Shown piece after piece: positions 47,910 through 58,308 of a stretch of 64,000 bases of DNA. The notes under the pieces were generated by a model. The model had not been told where the DNA came from and did not search any database. It saw nothing but the letters and a program-made list of their open reading frames with translations. A program made the translations under genes and the position numbers. The stretch spans positions 274,323-338,322 of the forward strand of contig JACPMK010000002.1 of NCBI GenBank assembly GCA_016186115.1, read 5' to 3'. Source of the stretch: Candidatus Wildermuthbacteria bacterium. GTDB lineage: Bacteria > Patescibacteriota > Minisyncoccia > Minisyncoccales > UBA10102. Every line of letters starts with the position of its first letter. Within the stretch, counting starts at the first letter, position 1.

Positions 47910-50099
47910 TTATAGCTTGGGGGTTTCCCATTCTTGTTGCCCTTCGCCGGTTTGCTCATGCTTTGCATATACTTCCCGCGGCTTTGCTCCTTCGCCTGGA
48001 CCAATAATACCCCGATCTTCCAGCATATCGATAAGCCGGGCTGCTCTGGCATAGCCAAGCTTGAGACGGCGCTGCAGCAAAGAAGCGGAGGCCTTGCCTG
48101 ACTCTACTACAACGCGTTTCGCTTCTTCGTACAGAGAGTCATCTTCATCGCTCATACCCGAGGGCAATTCCAATCCTTGCATTGCGCTTTGAGTAAGGTC
48201 GTCCTCTGATATTTCTTCTCTTGGCAAATCAGCAACTTGACCCCGAATCCAACTCACCACTTTTTTCACCTCCCTTTCCGAAACGTACGCACCCTGAACT
48301 CTTCGGGGCTTGGAGAGTTCAGCAGAAGAAAAGAGCATATCGCCTTGTCCGAGCAGCTGTTCCGCGCCCGAAGCATCAAGAATCGTTCGCGAATCAACTT
48401 GAGAAGCCACTTGAAACGCGATCCGCGAAGTAATATTTGCCTTGATCAAACCAGTGATAACTTCCACCGACGGACGCTGTGTTGCCAATACCAGATGAAT
48501 CCCTACGGCCCGCGCCATTTGAGCCAGACGTACAATCATGGCTTCGAGTTCCCGGCCGCGGGCAGCCATAAGATCTGCTAATTCATCGATCACGGTTACA
48601 ATGTATGGCATTGATTCCCAATCAGAATCATCTTTTTGATTATTATGTTGCGAAAGTAATGCATGATACCCCTTAATATCTCTTGCCTTGGCATTAGAAA
48701 GCACCAAAAATCTACGCTCCATTTCTTTGATAAGCCATTTTAAAACGTTCAACGTTCTTTGCGTGTCAAAGATAACCGGGGTTAAAAGATGAGGCAGGTC
48801 GTTATAAACAGGAAACTCAACACGCTTGGGATCCACGAGAACGAATCGCAGTATTTCCGGCGAATTACGAAAAATTAAACTCAAAATGATATTATTTAGC
48901 CCGATGGTCTTGCCGGAACCAGTTGCTCCTGCAACCAAAAGGTGCGGCATTCTCGCCAAATCTGTAAATATGGGGCTGCCCGCTACATCCTTTCCGAGCG
49001 CAAGGGGAAGCGAAGCAGGAATGCTGGAAAATTGGGTATTCTCCAATAAACTCCGCAATCGCACCACTGCCCGGGTCTTGTTGGGAATTTCGATCCCGAC
49101 GAGAGCGCGCCCCGGGATTGGGGCCTCGATACGAATCGGATGGGCTGCCACAGCCAACGAAAGATCGTTGCGCAGAGCGGTAATTTTTGAAAGCTTAACT
49201 CCTTCTGCGGGCTTGAACGCATATTGAGTAACCGCAGGCCCAATATTTACTTCTGACATCTCTACCGAAATGCCGAAATTCTGGAGCGTTTTTTTGATGA
49301 TTGCCGAGTATACCTTAATGTCTCCTGCATTCGGACTCCCCTTTTCGTTTTCCAGCAAATCAATGGGGGGAAGCTGATATTCTATCCCTCCAAATTGTTC
49401 GGACAATTTTCCTTTCTCTTCTTTGGACGATTTCTGTTTATCTTTGAGAGAACCTTCGCCCGAATCAATGACGGTTGTATTTTGAATGCGGGGCTCGGAT
49501 TCTATTTCTTTTACTTCAAAATGCGGTGCAAAAATTTTCTTTATTTTTTCCTGTGCTTTTTGGCTGAAATCTCCTTCTTCGCCTTGGCCGTGAGGAATAA
49601 GTTGCCAAAAAATAATGAGGGAGACAAGGAACAATGCAACAAAAATGATCTCCGATACCCACAGCCCAAACGCAGAGAACAATGGCTTTGCTACCAAAAA
49701 ACCGAGCCATCCGCCAATCTCCCGCATGATCTCATTATTCGCGCCGTAGGCAAAAATACCCAGCATGCCGCTCAAACCAAGAAACGCAAGAAGAATCGCA
49801 AAAAATACGGGTTTGCTGCTTTCCCCCTTCAGCGAAAAAAGCACCACTCCTCCCATAAAAAAAATGAGGGGGACAAAAGGAGCTGCCTGGCCAAATACAA
49901 AAAAAGTAAAGTTCTTAAGGAGAATCCCTGCCCTTCCCGCGTTATCGAACAAAGAAAAAATAAAAATAAGGGAAATGGTGAATAATGCCACTGCCCAGAT
50001 GGAACGCTGAATAGGAGAAGGAAGACTGATTTCCGGAAGAGCAGGAATTGGAAGCGAAGGAAAGTGCGATTTTTTTTGTCTTTGTTTTTTTGTCCCCAT
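47910..50099 (-). CDS. ftsK: DNA translocase FtsK/SpoIIIE
   Basis: N-terminal TM domain, linker, motor domain with GATGSGKT and a C-terminal gamma wHTH domain (LYEEAKRVVVESGKASASLLQRRLKLGYARAARLIDMLE). Confidence 0.9.
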   Translation of the reverse strand: MGTKKQRQKKSHFPSLPIPALPEISLPSPIQRSIWAVALFTISLIFIFSLFDNAGRAGILLKNFTFFVFGQAAPFVPLIFFMGGVVLFSLKGESSKPVFFAILLAFLGLSGMLGIFAYGANNEIMREIGGWLGFLVAKPLFSAFGLWVSEIIFVALFLVSLIIFWQLIPHGQGEEGDFSQKAQEKIKKIFAPHFEVKEIESEPRIQNTTVIDSGEGSLKDKQKSSKEEKGKLSEQFGGIEYQLPPIDLLENEKGSPNAGDIKVYSAIIKKTLQNFGISVEMSEVNIGPAVTQYAFKPAEGVKLSKITALRNDLSLAVAAHPIRIEAPIPGRALVGIEIPNKTRAVVRLRSLLENTQFSSIPASLPLALGKDVAGSPIFTDLARMPHLLVAGATGSGKTIGLNNIILSLIFRNSPEILRFVLVDPKRVEFPVYNDLPHLLTPVIFDTQRTLNVLKWLIKEMERRFLVLSNAKARDIKGYHALLSQHNNQKDDSDWESMPYIVTVIDELADLMAARGRELEAMIVRLAQMARAVGIHLVLATQRPSVEVITGLIKANITSRIAFQVASQVDSRTILDASGAEQLLGQGDMLFSSAELSKPRRVQGAYVSEREVKKVVSWIRGQVADLPREEISEDDLTQSAMQGLELPSGMSDEDDSLYEEAKRVVVESGKASASLLQRRLKLGYARAARLIDMLEDRGIIGPGEGAKPREVYAKHEQTGEGQQEWETPKL

Positions 50100-50183
50100 A
50101 GAAAGATAGTATACCCCTAGTATACAAAAAAATCTCTTCAAAAAAAATCCCCCTCTCTCGCCAGAGGGGGATGCAACCATACG

Positions 50184-53100
50184 CTACTTTTCTTTGGGAG
50201 CAGATAAAAAGTAATCTTTATCAAACCCGGTTCCCGCAGGAATAAGCTTTCCAAGAATGACATTTTCTTTGAGGCCTTTCAATTTATCGTCTCTTGCCTC
50301 CAAAGCAGCGCGTATGAGCACGCGAGAGGTCTCTTGGAAAGAAGCCGCCGAAAGGAAGCTATCGGTTGTAAGGGCAACCTTTGAAATCCCAAGCAGCATT
50401 TGGCTCGCGACAGGCAACTCTTTGTCAAGCTTCTTCAAACGCGCAACCTCTTCCAGATAAGTGGAGCGTTCGATAACCTCGCCTTCGGTAAACCGGCTTT
50501 CGCCTCTTTCTTTCACGCGCAAACGGGAAAACATTTGCCGCGTAATAATTTCAATGTGTTTGTCATGAATAGGAGCCCCCTGCATGGAATAAATTCGCTG
50601 CACTTCTTTCACTACTATTCTCTGCGTTTCATCTTTTCCCACAACCTTGTACAATTCCTTAAGATCGATATTCCCCTCGCACAATTGCTGCCCCTTGGAT
50701 ACCCGATCTCCGGCTTTCACCCAAATCGCTCTTTTGGGAGGAACATCATATTCTATAATTTGCTCTTTCGCTTCCTGTTTCTTTTCTTTGCTCACCTTTC
50801 TTTTGCTTTCTTTTGCAGTCGCAGTACCGGGATTGGACTGAGAAGGCACGTTATCAGCAAGAATCTTAATGTTGCCTTCTGGGCTCACGCCTTGCACAAC
50901 TCCATCCACTGTTGCAATAACTGCTTTCCCGCCCGGGATTCTTCCTTCAAAAATTTCTTCTACGCGAGGAAGACCTTGCGTAATATCGCCTCCGCCGGCC
51001 ACTCCGCCGGTGTGGAATGTCCTCATGGTAAGCTGTGTTCCGGGCTCACCAATGGATTGTGCTGCGATAATTCCTACCGCGGTTCCCAATTTCACAGGGG
51101 TATTCGAACCCAATTCCCATCCGTAGCATTGCTGGCATACTCCCCGGCCGCTCTTGCACGTTAAAGGCGAACGTATACGAATAGAATCCACTTCGGCATC
51201 TCCGTTGATCTTCTGAACTGCATCCCAATCAATCACTTCTCCCTTCCGCATATAATCCTTCACATCTTCCGCTGCTACTCTACCCATAATCCGAAGGGCT
51301 AGGTTCTGGCCGATTTCTTCCCCGTCTTTTTTGCGGATACTAATTCCTTTGGTATCCTTGCAATTTTCTTCTGTAATAAAGATATCGTGGGCAACATCAA
51401 TAAGCCGGCGCGTAAGGTATCCCGCGGTAGAAGTTCGCAGAGCAGTGTCCGCTGTTCCCTTTCTCGCGCCATGGGTAGAAATAAAGTACTCAAGCACGTT
51501 GAATCCTTCCTTAAAGGAGCTCAACACAGGCAGCTCGATAATGCGTCCTGCGGGATTGATTACGAGACCCTTCATTCCCGACATCTGGACTGCCTGTCCC
51601 CAGCCGCCGCGAGAACCAGAATCAATCATGCTGTAAACCGATCCTTGAGGAGAAAGGGTTTGAGGAACAAGTTTTTCCATCATTGACTTTACTCGAGACC
51701 ACACCGCGATCACCTTCGCACTGCGCTCTTCTCTCGAGAGAAGCCCGTGACGCCAATGCGAATCAATAACTTCAATTTCTTTTTCTGCTTCCCCAAGAAG
51801 TTTTGCTTTCTCTGGAGGAACTACCAGATCATCCATACCCCATGTAGTTCCGGATTGAGTCGCGTATTCAAAACCAAGTTCCTTTATTTTATCAAGAATT
51901 TGTTGGGCTTCCTTGCTTGGGTATCTCCGGATAATGTCTGCTGCAATCCGCTCCATTTTCTTTGCATTCACCTGTTCATTGATAAAGGGATACCCTATGG
52001 GCAAAGAATCGTTAAAGATCATTCTTCCAACTGTTGTCTCAAGAATTTGTTCCCGGATCTGTACCCTGATGGGTTCTTGCAGGGCAACGACTCCTTGCGA
52101 ATGCGCGAGTAATGCTTCGTCAGCAGAACTCAATACTCTCATTGGTTCCGGCGAAGATTTCTTGCCCATGCCGGTAAGATAATAGCAACCCAACACCATG
52201 TCTTGGCGGGGGCTGATCACTGGAGTTCCAGTTGCTGGTTTCAAAAGATTCGTATTGGAAAGCATCAATTCTCGCGCTTCTGTTTGCGCCTCTTCCGAAA
52301 GAGGGACGTGCACTGCCATTTGGTCGCCATCAAAGTCGGCATTAAATGCAAGACATGCGAGAGGATGCAATTGAATTGCTTCTCCTTCGATTAATATGGG
52401 GAAGAACGCCTGTATTCCCAAACGATGAAGCGTGGGAGCGCGGTTCAAAAGCACGGTTTTATTTTGCGCTACTTCTTCCAAGATTGCCCATACTTCATCG
52501 GTCTGCTGTTCGATCAGCCGTGTTGCGCCGCGCACGTTGTAGGCAAGTTCTTTTTCAAGAATGCGCTGGATCACAAAGGGCTTCAATAATTCCAATGCCA
52601 TCTGCTTTGGCAAGCCGCATTGCGAGAGTTTTAATTTTGGCCCCACCACGATGACTGAACGCCCAGAATAGTCCACGCGCTTTCCCAACAGATTCTGGCG
52701 AAATCTGCCCTGCTTTCCCTTGAGCATATCAGCCAACGATTTCAGGAGGCGTTTGCCGCCAGTAGTTGCTTGAGTCATGGTCCCTTTGCGCATACTATTA
52801 TCAATCAGCGCATCCACTGCCTCCTGAAGCATGCGCTTTTCGTTGCGCACAATGACGTCGGGAGCTCCCAGCTCGATTAAGTACTTCAGACGGTTATTTC
52901 TGTTGATGACTCTACGGTACAAATCGTTCAGATCGGATGAGGCGTACCGTCCTCCGTCAAGCTGCACCATTGGTCGCAAATCCGGAGGCAATACCGGAAG
53001 CACGCTCAAGAGCATCCACTCCGGGCGAACTCCGCCCTCTTTCATGCCGCGGAATAATCGCAAACGGAACAAAATTTTCTTTTTGGCCTGGGGAGTTGCG

Positions 53101-53807
53101 TCAACAAGTTGACGCTCCAACTCCTCAATCGTTTTTGCAATATTTACCTGTTCAAAAATCTTCCGAAGGGTCTCCGCTCCCGTCCCCGCCTCAAACACAT
53201 GGCCATATTTCAAAGAAAGATTCTGGTATTCGATTTCCGAAAGAATACGCAAAGGCCGAAGCAAACTAAGTTGCTCTATCTCTTCATCTTTTGCTTTCTT
53301 GAATATCTGCTTCTCTTCTTCTGTTTTCTCTTTGACTTTTCTCCGAAATTCCTCCTCCACATCGTTGATTGCCTGTTTTTTCGCATCCTCATCAACTTTG
53401 ATAGTAATATAGGAAGCAAAATAAATAATCCGCTCCAGCGATTGAGCAGGAAGATCGAGAATGGCGCCCATGCGCGAAGGCACTCCCCTCAAAAACCAGA
53501 TGTGAGAACAGGGAGCCGCAAGTTTGATATGACCCATACGTTCTCTTCGCACCGCAGAACGCGTAACCTCTACGCCGCAGCGATCGCAAATAACGCCTTT
53601 GTAGCGAATTTTCCGGTATTTCCCGCAATAGCATTCGTAATCTTTTTCGGGACCAAAAATTCGCTCATCAAACAAACCATCTTTTTCCGCTCTTTGGGTG
53701 CGGTAGTTGATGGTTTCTGGCTTGATTACCTCTCCATAGGACCACGAAAGAATGTCATCGGGAGAAGCAAGCTTGATACGAATTGCCTCGAGGTCAACAA
53801 CTCTCAT
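50184..53807 (-). CDS. rpoC: DNA-directed RNA polymerase subunit beta prime
   Basis: Zinc-binding CYCGKY...[14 protein letters not shown] catalytic motif, bridge helix and trigger loop regions. Confidence 0.97.
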   Translation of the reverse strand: MRVVDLEAIRIKLASPDDILSWSYGEVIKPETINYRTQRAEKDGLFDERIFGPEKDYECYCGKYRKIRYKGVICDRCGVEVTRSAVRRERMGHIKLAAPCSHIWFLRGVPSRMGAILDLPAQSLERIIYFASYITIKVDEDAKKQAINDVEEEFRRKVKEKTEEEKQIFKKAKDEEIEQLSLLRPLRILSEIEYQNLSLKYGHVFEAGTGAETLRKIFEQVNIAKTIEELERQLVDATPQAKKKILFRLRLFRGMKEGGVRPEWMLLSVLPVLPPDLRPMVQLDGGRYASSDLNDLYRRVINRNNRLKYLIELGAPDVIVRNEKRMLQEAVDALIDNSMRKGTMTQATTGGKRLLKSLADMLKGKQGRFRQNLLGKRVDYSGRSVIVVGPKLKLSQCGLPKQMALELLKPFVIQRILEKELAYNVRGATRLIEQQTDEVWAILEEVAQNKTVLLNRAPTLHRLGIQAFFPILIEGEAIQLHPLACLAFNADFDGDQMAVHVPLSEEAQTEARELMLSNTNLLKPATGTPVISPRQDMVLGCYYLTGMGKKSSPEPMRVLSSADEALLAHSQGVVALQEPIRVQIREQILETTVGRMIFNDSLPIGYPFINEQVNAKKMERIAADIIRRYPSKEAQQILDKIKELGFEYATQSGTTWGMDDLVVPPEKAKLLGEAEKEIEVIDSHWRHGLLSREERSAKVIAVWSRVKSMMEKLVPQTLSPQGSVYSMIDSGSRGGWGQAVQMSGMKGLVINPAGRIIELPVLSSFKEGFNVLEYFISTHGARKGTADTALRTSTAGYLTRRLIDVAHDIFITEENCKDTKGISIRKKDGEEIGQNLALRIMGRVAAEDVKDYMRKGEVIDWDAVQKINGDAEVDSIRIRSPLTCKSGRGVCQQCYGWELGSNTPVKLGTAVGIIAAQSIGEPGTQLTMRTFHTGGVAGGGDITQGLPRVEEIFEGRIPGGKAVIATVDGVVQGVSPEGNIKILADNVPSQSNPGTATAKESKRKVSKEKKQEAKEQIIEYDVPPKRAIWVKAGDRVSKGQQLCEGNIDLKELYKVVGKDETQRIVVKEVQRIYSMQGAPIHDKHIEIITRQMFSRLRVKERGESRFTEGEVIERSTYLEEVARLKKLDKELPVASQMLLGISKVALTTDSFLSAASFQETSRVLIRAALEARDDKLKGLKENVILGKLIPAGTGFDKDYFLSAPKEK

Positions 53808-53824
53808 GGATTAAAAATTAAGAA

Positions 53825-56800
53825 TTATCTTTTTTCTGCCTTCTGTAGTTTTTCTTTTACTTCCACATGCAAAGCCAACGATCTCAATTCATTAAGCAAA
53901 AGATTAAACGATGCGGGGATATTCGGAGTTTGAATTGGCTGTCTGCGCAAAATGGATTCATAGGTTGCGGCGCGCCCCGTGACATCATCGGATTTAATCG
54001 TAAGCATTTCCTGAAGCGTATACGCAGAACCATATCCTTCTAATGCCCACACTTCCATTTCTCCGAATCTCTGCCCTCCAAATTGCGCCTTGCCCCCCAA
54101 GGGCTGCTGGGTAATCAGGGAGTAAGGCCCAATAGAACGCATATGGATTTTATCTTCAACCATATGGATCAACTTCATCATATAGATATACCCCACGGTA
54201 ATTTTTTGCGGAAAAGAACTCCCGTCCCTTCCGTCGTACAAGGCAACTTTTCCATTCTCGGGAAGACCGGCGCTGCGAAGCTCCTGTTTAATGTCTTCTT
54301 CATTGGCTCCTGCCAACCCCGGAGTAACAGCAATATATCCAAGTTCATGTGCAGCCCACCCGAGATGGGTCTCCAAAATCTGGCCAATATTCATACGAGA
54401 AGCAACTCCCAGAGGATTGAGAATAATATCAACGGGAGTGCCGTCTTCCATATAGGGCATTTCTGCTTCCGGAAGAACCATGGAAATAACTCCTTTATTC
54501 CCATGACGGCCTGCCAGCTTATCTCCGGGCTGAATCCTGCGAAGTTCTGCTACTTCCACATGAATTCGCTTAATAATTCCGGGCTCCAACTTATGCCCTT
54601 CTTCTCTGGAAAATATTTTCACATTCACGACTCTTCCCCTCTTCCCATGGGGCATGAGAAGAGAACTATCTTTAATATCCCGCGCCTTTTCGCCAAAAAT
54701 TGCCCGCAAGAGCCGCTCTTCCGGAGTTAACTCGGCTTCACCCTTAGGAGAAATCTTGCCAACCAAAATATCATTCGGCCCAACTTCGGCTCCAATACGC
54801 ACAATTCCCTCTTCATCAAGGTCTTTCAATTTTTCTTCCCCCACATTCGGAATGTCTCCAGTTGTCTGCTCGGGGCCGAGTTTTGTTTCGCGCACATCGC
54901 AACTGAAATTTTCAATATGAATAGACGTAAAAATATCATCCCTCACAATCCGTTCGGAAAGGATAATCGCATCCTCATAATTTCCTCCCCGCCACGGCAT
55001 AAACGCAACCAAGAGATTTGTTCCCAAAGCCAACCTCCCATGATCGATAGCGCCGCCATCTGCAATGATATCTCCCTTTTTGACCCGTTCACCCTTCTTC
55101 ACAATAGGCCGCTGATGAAATGCAGTGTATTGATTGGTCCGGACAAATGTCCGTAAATCATAGGAATGGGAAGAACTTTTCGATCTTCCATCTTCTGAAC
55201 GAATGACAATGTGACGCGCATCCACTTCCTGAACCACGCCTCCTTCTTGCGCAACCAGCGCAAGTCCAGAATCCTTTGCCACCCGGTCCTCCAAGCCCGT
55301 ACCAACAAGAGGGGCTTGAGCCCGCAGCAATGGCACGGCCTGCCGCTGCATATTAGAACCCATCAGAGCGCGGTTTGCATCGTCATTGCGCAAAAAAGGA
55401 ATAAGGGAGGTTGCAACCGAGATCGACTGCTCCGAGGCAACATCAATGTAATCGACTCTGTCTCGCGTAGCTACCCCCGGCTCCCCATGGATTCTTGCCT
55501 CCACTTTTTCATCTATAATTCGTCCCTGCTCATCAAGACGAACCCCAGCATGAGCAATGACATGCTGCTCCTCTTCATATGCATTGAGATAATGCAATTC
55601 ACTCGTCGCTTTTCCCTGCTCTACCTTGTAATAAGGAGTTTCCAAAAATCCGTATTCATTAATTCTTGCAAAAGTTGCCAAATGCCCGACCAATCCAATA
55701 TTAGGACCTTCCGGGGTCTGGATGGGACAAATCCTGCCATAGTGGCTTGGCTGCACATCCCGGACTTCAAACCCTGCTCTTTCCCGGGTCAAACCGCCGG
55801 GACCTGTCGCAGAAACACGACGCTTATGCTCTAATTCGGCAAGCGGATTCTCATTCTCCATAAACTGGGTGAGCTGCGAAGAAGTGAAAAATTCTTTCAC
55901 CACTGCCATGACTGGCCTTGGATTAATCAGCTGGACCGGAGTAATAGTAGCCGGATCAAGCGTGGACATCCTGTCTTTGATAATGCGCTCCATACGGGTG
56001 AACCCAACTCTCATCCTATTCTGGAGAAACTCTGCAAAGGTTCTTACTCTGCGGTTTCCCAAGTGATCGATCTGATCGGGTTGCGCTTCCGGCGCATTAT
56101 TCAACCTGATAATTTCGCGCAACACCTCGATCACATCTTCAATGGTAAGCACCCGATCTTTGATCGTTATCTCGCCTTTGCTCTTTTGCAACGCAGGAAG
56201 TCGCTGCATTGTTTTCCAACGCCCAACACGCGACAAATCGTATCGTTCAAAATTGAAAAACATATTCCAGATTAATTCCTTTGCGGTATCCGGAGTGACA
56301 TAATCACCAGGCCGCAATCTGCGGTATACCTCCACGAGTCCTTCTTCCTGTGTGTTTGCGGAATCCCGCTTAAGCGTTTCATCAATATAATGGACCTCTC
56401 CCATATCGACATCCTTAAAAAGCTTCCGGATAAGCTCGTCTTCCCGAGTTCTTTGCGCCTCCACGCTCTCCCCCTCCTTTGCCTCGGTCGCTCCAGCACC
56501 GAATGCGCGCAATAGCGTTGTCGCAGAAACCTTCCGCTTCCGGTCGATACGCACCACGATCGCTCCGGATGGCTCGGTTTCAAATTCAAGCCACGCGCCG
56601 CGGTTCGGAATAATTTTTGCCCCAAACAATTTACGCCCCTGCGAGACATTCGCAGTAAAAAATGCGCCCGGAGAACGAATGAGCTGCGAAATTGCCACAC
56701 GCTCCACTCCATTCACTACAAAAGTTCCCCGTTCGGTCATCAGCGGAAAATCGCAGAGAAAAATCTCCTGTTCTTTGACCTCTTTCGTCCGAAGATTTAC

Positions 56801-57079
56801 CAAACGAACCTTCACGCGCAATGACGCCTCAAGCGAATCATCGTTATTTTTTGCATCGAGATCAGATCTATAGTTTGGTTCTCCTAATTTGAAATCGACA
56901 AACCAAAGTTCAAACTCTTTTTTGGTATAGTCGCGTACTGGAGATATTTCCTGAAGAAGTTCTTTCAAATGTGTATCCCAAAATACCCGCCAGCTATTAT
57001 GTTGAACTTCCAACAGGTAAGGGGGATCCAGGTGGACCCTGGATTTTGCAAAATTTTTAATTGAAAGAGAGGTTGCCAT
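53825..57079 (-). CDS. rpoB: DNA-directed RNA polymerase subunit beta
   Basis: Conserved rpoB regions throughout (e.g. GDKLAGRHGNKGV, QQPLGGKAQFGGQRFGEME). Confidence 0.97.
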   Translation of the reverse strand: MATSLSIKNFAKSRVHLDPPYLLEVQHNSWRVFWDTHLKELLQEISPVRDYTKKEFELWFVDFKLGEPNYRSDLDAKNNDDSLEASLRVKVRLVNLRTKEVKEQEIFLCDFPLMTERGTFVVNGVERVAISQLIRSPGAFFTANVSQGRKLFGAKIIPNRGAWLEFETEPSGAIVVRIDRKRKVSATTLLRAFGAGATEAKEGESVEAQRTREDELIRKLFKDVDMGEVHYIDETLKRDSANTQEEGLVEVYRRLRPGDYVTPDTAKELIWNMFFNFERYDLSRVGRWKTMQRLPALQKSKGEITIKDRVLTIEDVIEVLREIIRLNNAPEAQPDQIDHLGNRRVRTFAEFLQNRMRVGFTRMERIIKDRMSTLDPATITPVQLINPRPVMAVVKEFFTSSQLTQFMENENPLAELEHKRRVSATGPGGLTRERAGFEVRDVQPSHYGRICPIQTPEGPNIGLVGHLATFARINEYGFLETPYYKVEQGKATSELHYLNAYEEEQHVIAHAGVRLDEQGRIIDEKVEARIHGEPGVATRDRVDYIDVASEQSISVATSLIPFLRNDDANRALMGSNMQRQAVPLLRAQAPLVGTGLEDRVAKDSGLALVAQEGGVVQEVDARHIVIRSEDGRSKSSSHSYDLRTFVRTNQYTAFHQRPIVKKGERVKKGDIIADGGAIDHGRLALGTNLLVAFMPWRGGNYEDAIILSERIVRDDIFTSIHIENFSCDVRETKLGPEQTTGDIPNVGEEKLKDLDEEGIVRIGAEVGPNDILVGKISPKGEAELTPEERLLRAIFGEKARDIKDSSLLMPHGKRGRVVNVKIFSREEGHKLEPGIIKRIHVEVAELRRIQPGDKLAGRHGNKGVISMVLPEAEMPYMEDGTPVDIILNPLGVASRMNIGQILETHLGWAAHELGYIAVTPGLAGANEEDIKQELRSAGLPENGKVALYDGRDGSSFPQKITVGYIYMMKLIHMVEDKIHMRSIGPYSLITQQPLGGKAQFGGQRFGEMEVWALEGYGSAYTLQEMLTIKSDDVTGRAATYESILRRQPIQTPNIPASFNLLLNELRSLALHVEVKEKLQKAEKR

Positions 57080-57247
57080 AGCAAAACGTAAAAAATCCCC
57101 AATAATGCAGAGGGGAATAATTTGAGAAATTATTAGTAAGATTGAAAAAGCGTAATGGAAACGCTCAAGGAAGGTCTATGATTAAAAATATGCGTCTTTA
57201 GTGTAGTTTATTACCCAAAAATTGTCAAGGGCGTCAACCCCTCTCTC

Positions 57248-58264
57248 CTATTCTTGCGAAAAAAGAGACGATTCTCCTCTCTTGCGGGCAATCACCATCA
57301 CGAGCATAAGAAGCATAAGGATAGCCCCGATAATTCCGCCAATGAAGAGGCCTCTTCCGCCGAAAATGCCTTTCTCTTCTTTTCCCTGCTGCGTCTGCAA
57401 TGCTCCCGTGGTAAACACCTGATCCTCTGACTGCAGTTCTTTATCTGCGGCATTTGTGCCCTTTACCCGGAAGTGATACTCTGTTTGAGGAGAAAGATTC
57501 TCGAGCGTAATTTGATGCTCCATGGCAAGCTCTCCCCGCAACACAATAAATGCATACTCTTTGTTTGGTCCATATTCTACTACTGAATTTGCGCCTTCGC
57601 TCGTAACCCAAGCAATACGAGCACTCTCACCGGTGATTGTGTCAACTCTTACATCGGATAGAGAAAATTGCGGCTGCGATGTTGGGAAAGAAGAAGGTGC
57701 TGGTTGAGACGATGTTGTTGGGGTGGGAGAAACCGAAGAACTCGGCCTTGGCGTTGGACTGGAGGAAGCACTACTCTTCGCTTTCAAAACATATGCTCCT
57801 TTGCCAGATGCAACAAGATTGAGGATATTCGCATTTCCTGCGTCAGTAAGCACTGCAGAATCAGAAGCAAAGGTAAGGGTAGCAGCTCCGGAAGAACTTT
57901 TCACTCGGAATAACACTGAAGCAATCTGCTGGATTCCCGAAAAGCCCGGAGTTGGTTTGCCGCCAGAAATTTCCACTCTCCCCTGCCCGTATTTTTTTTC
58001 GGCAAAAAGAGTCATTGCTGAATTAGCAGTATTAATTTCTCTCGCCTCAAGCTTATCCTCGGGATACGTAAAGTATGCTGCAACGGCATTCACATCTTCC
58101 CCTTGAGTATTTACCATGACATTCACCCAAAAACTGTCGTCTTGGGCAAAGCTTCCCGTGGCAGGAGAAAAAAAGAGCGTCCCGTTCTGCGCAGACGCAG
58201 AAGAACCAAAAAGGAATAACGCGCCACTCACGAGCACAAATAAAACAAGTGTAAATTTTATCAT
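57248..58264 (-). CDS. cell-anchored cohesin-domain protein with FN3 domain and C-terminal TM (anchoring scaffoldin-like)
   Basis: Signal peptide and a cohesin-like beta-sandwich (FWVNVMVNTQGEDVNAVAAYFTYPEDKLEA...ATLTFASDSAVLTDAGNANIL). An S/T/P-rich linker and FN3-like domain (DVRVDTITGESARIAWVTSEGANSVVEYG...TEYHFRVKG) follow, then a C-terminal hydrophobic anchor plus a basic tail. Confidence 0.6.
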   Translation of the reverse strand: MIKFTLVLFVLVSGALFLFGSSASAQNGTLFFSPATGSFAQDDSFWVNVMVNTQGEDVNAVAAYFTYPEDKLEAREINTANSAMTLFAEKKYGQGRVEISGGKPTPGFSGIQQIASVLFRVKSSSGAATLTFASDSAVLTDAGNANILNLVASGKGAYVLKAKSSASSSPTPRPSSSVSPTPTTSSQPAPSSFPTSQPQFSLSDVRVDTITGESARIAWVTSEGANSVVEYGPNKEYAFIVLRGELAMEHQITLENLSPQTEYHFRVKGTNAADKELQSEDQVFTTGALQTQQGKEEKGIFGGRGLFIGGIIGAILMLLMLVMVIARKRGESSLFSQE

Positions 58265-58308
58265 AAAGATTGTGCTTGTATTATATCACAGCAACGCATC
58301 GACACAAA

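Noticed and set aside
50257-57000. Numerous 60-250-aa ORFs on the + strand inside rpoC, rpoB, uvrA, groEL, hsdR, hsdM, DEAD-box helicase, ftsK, GH57 and others (e.g. 6645..7400, 33242..33829, 50400..51164, 53109..53933)
   Set aside because: These are antisense shadow ORFs within well-supported long genes on the opposite strand. Their amino-acid composition is low-complexity or Ser/Arg/Cys-rich, and no start signals are present.
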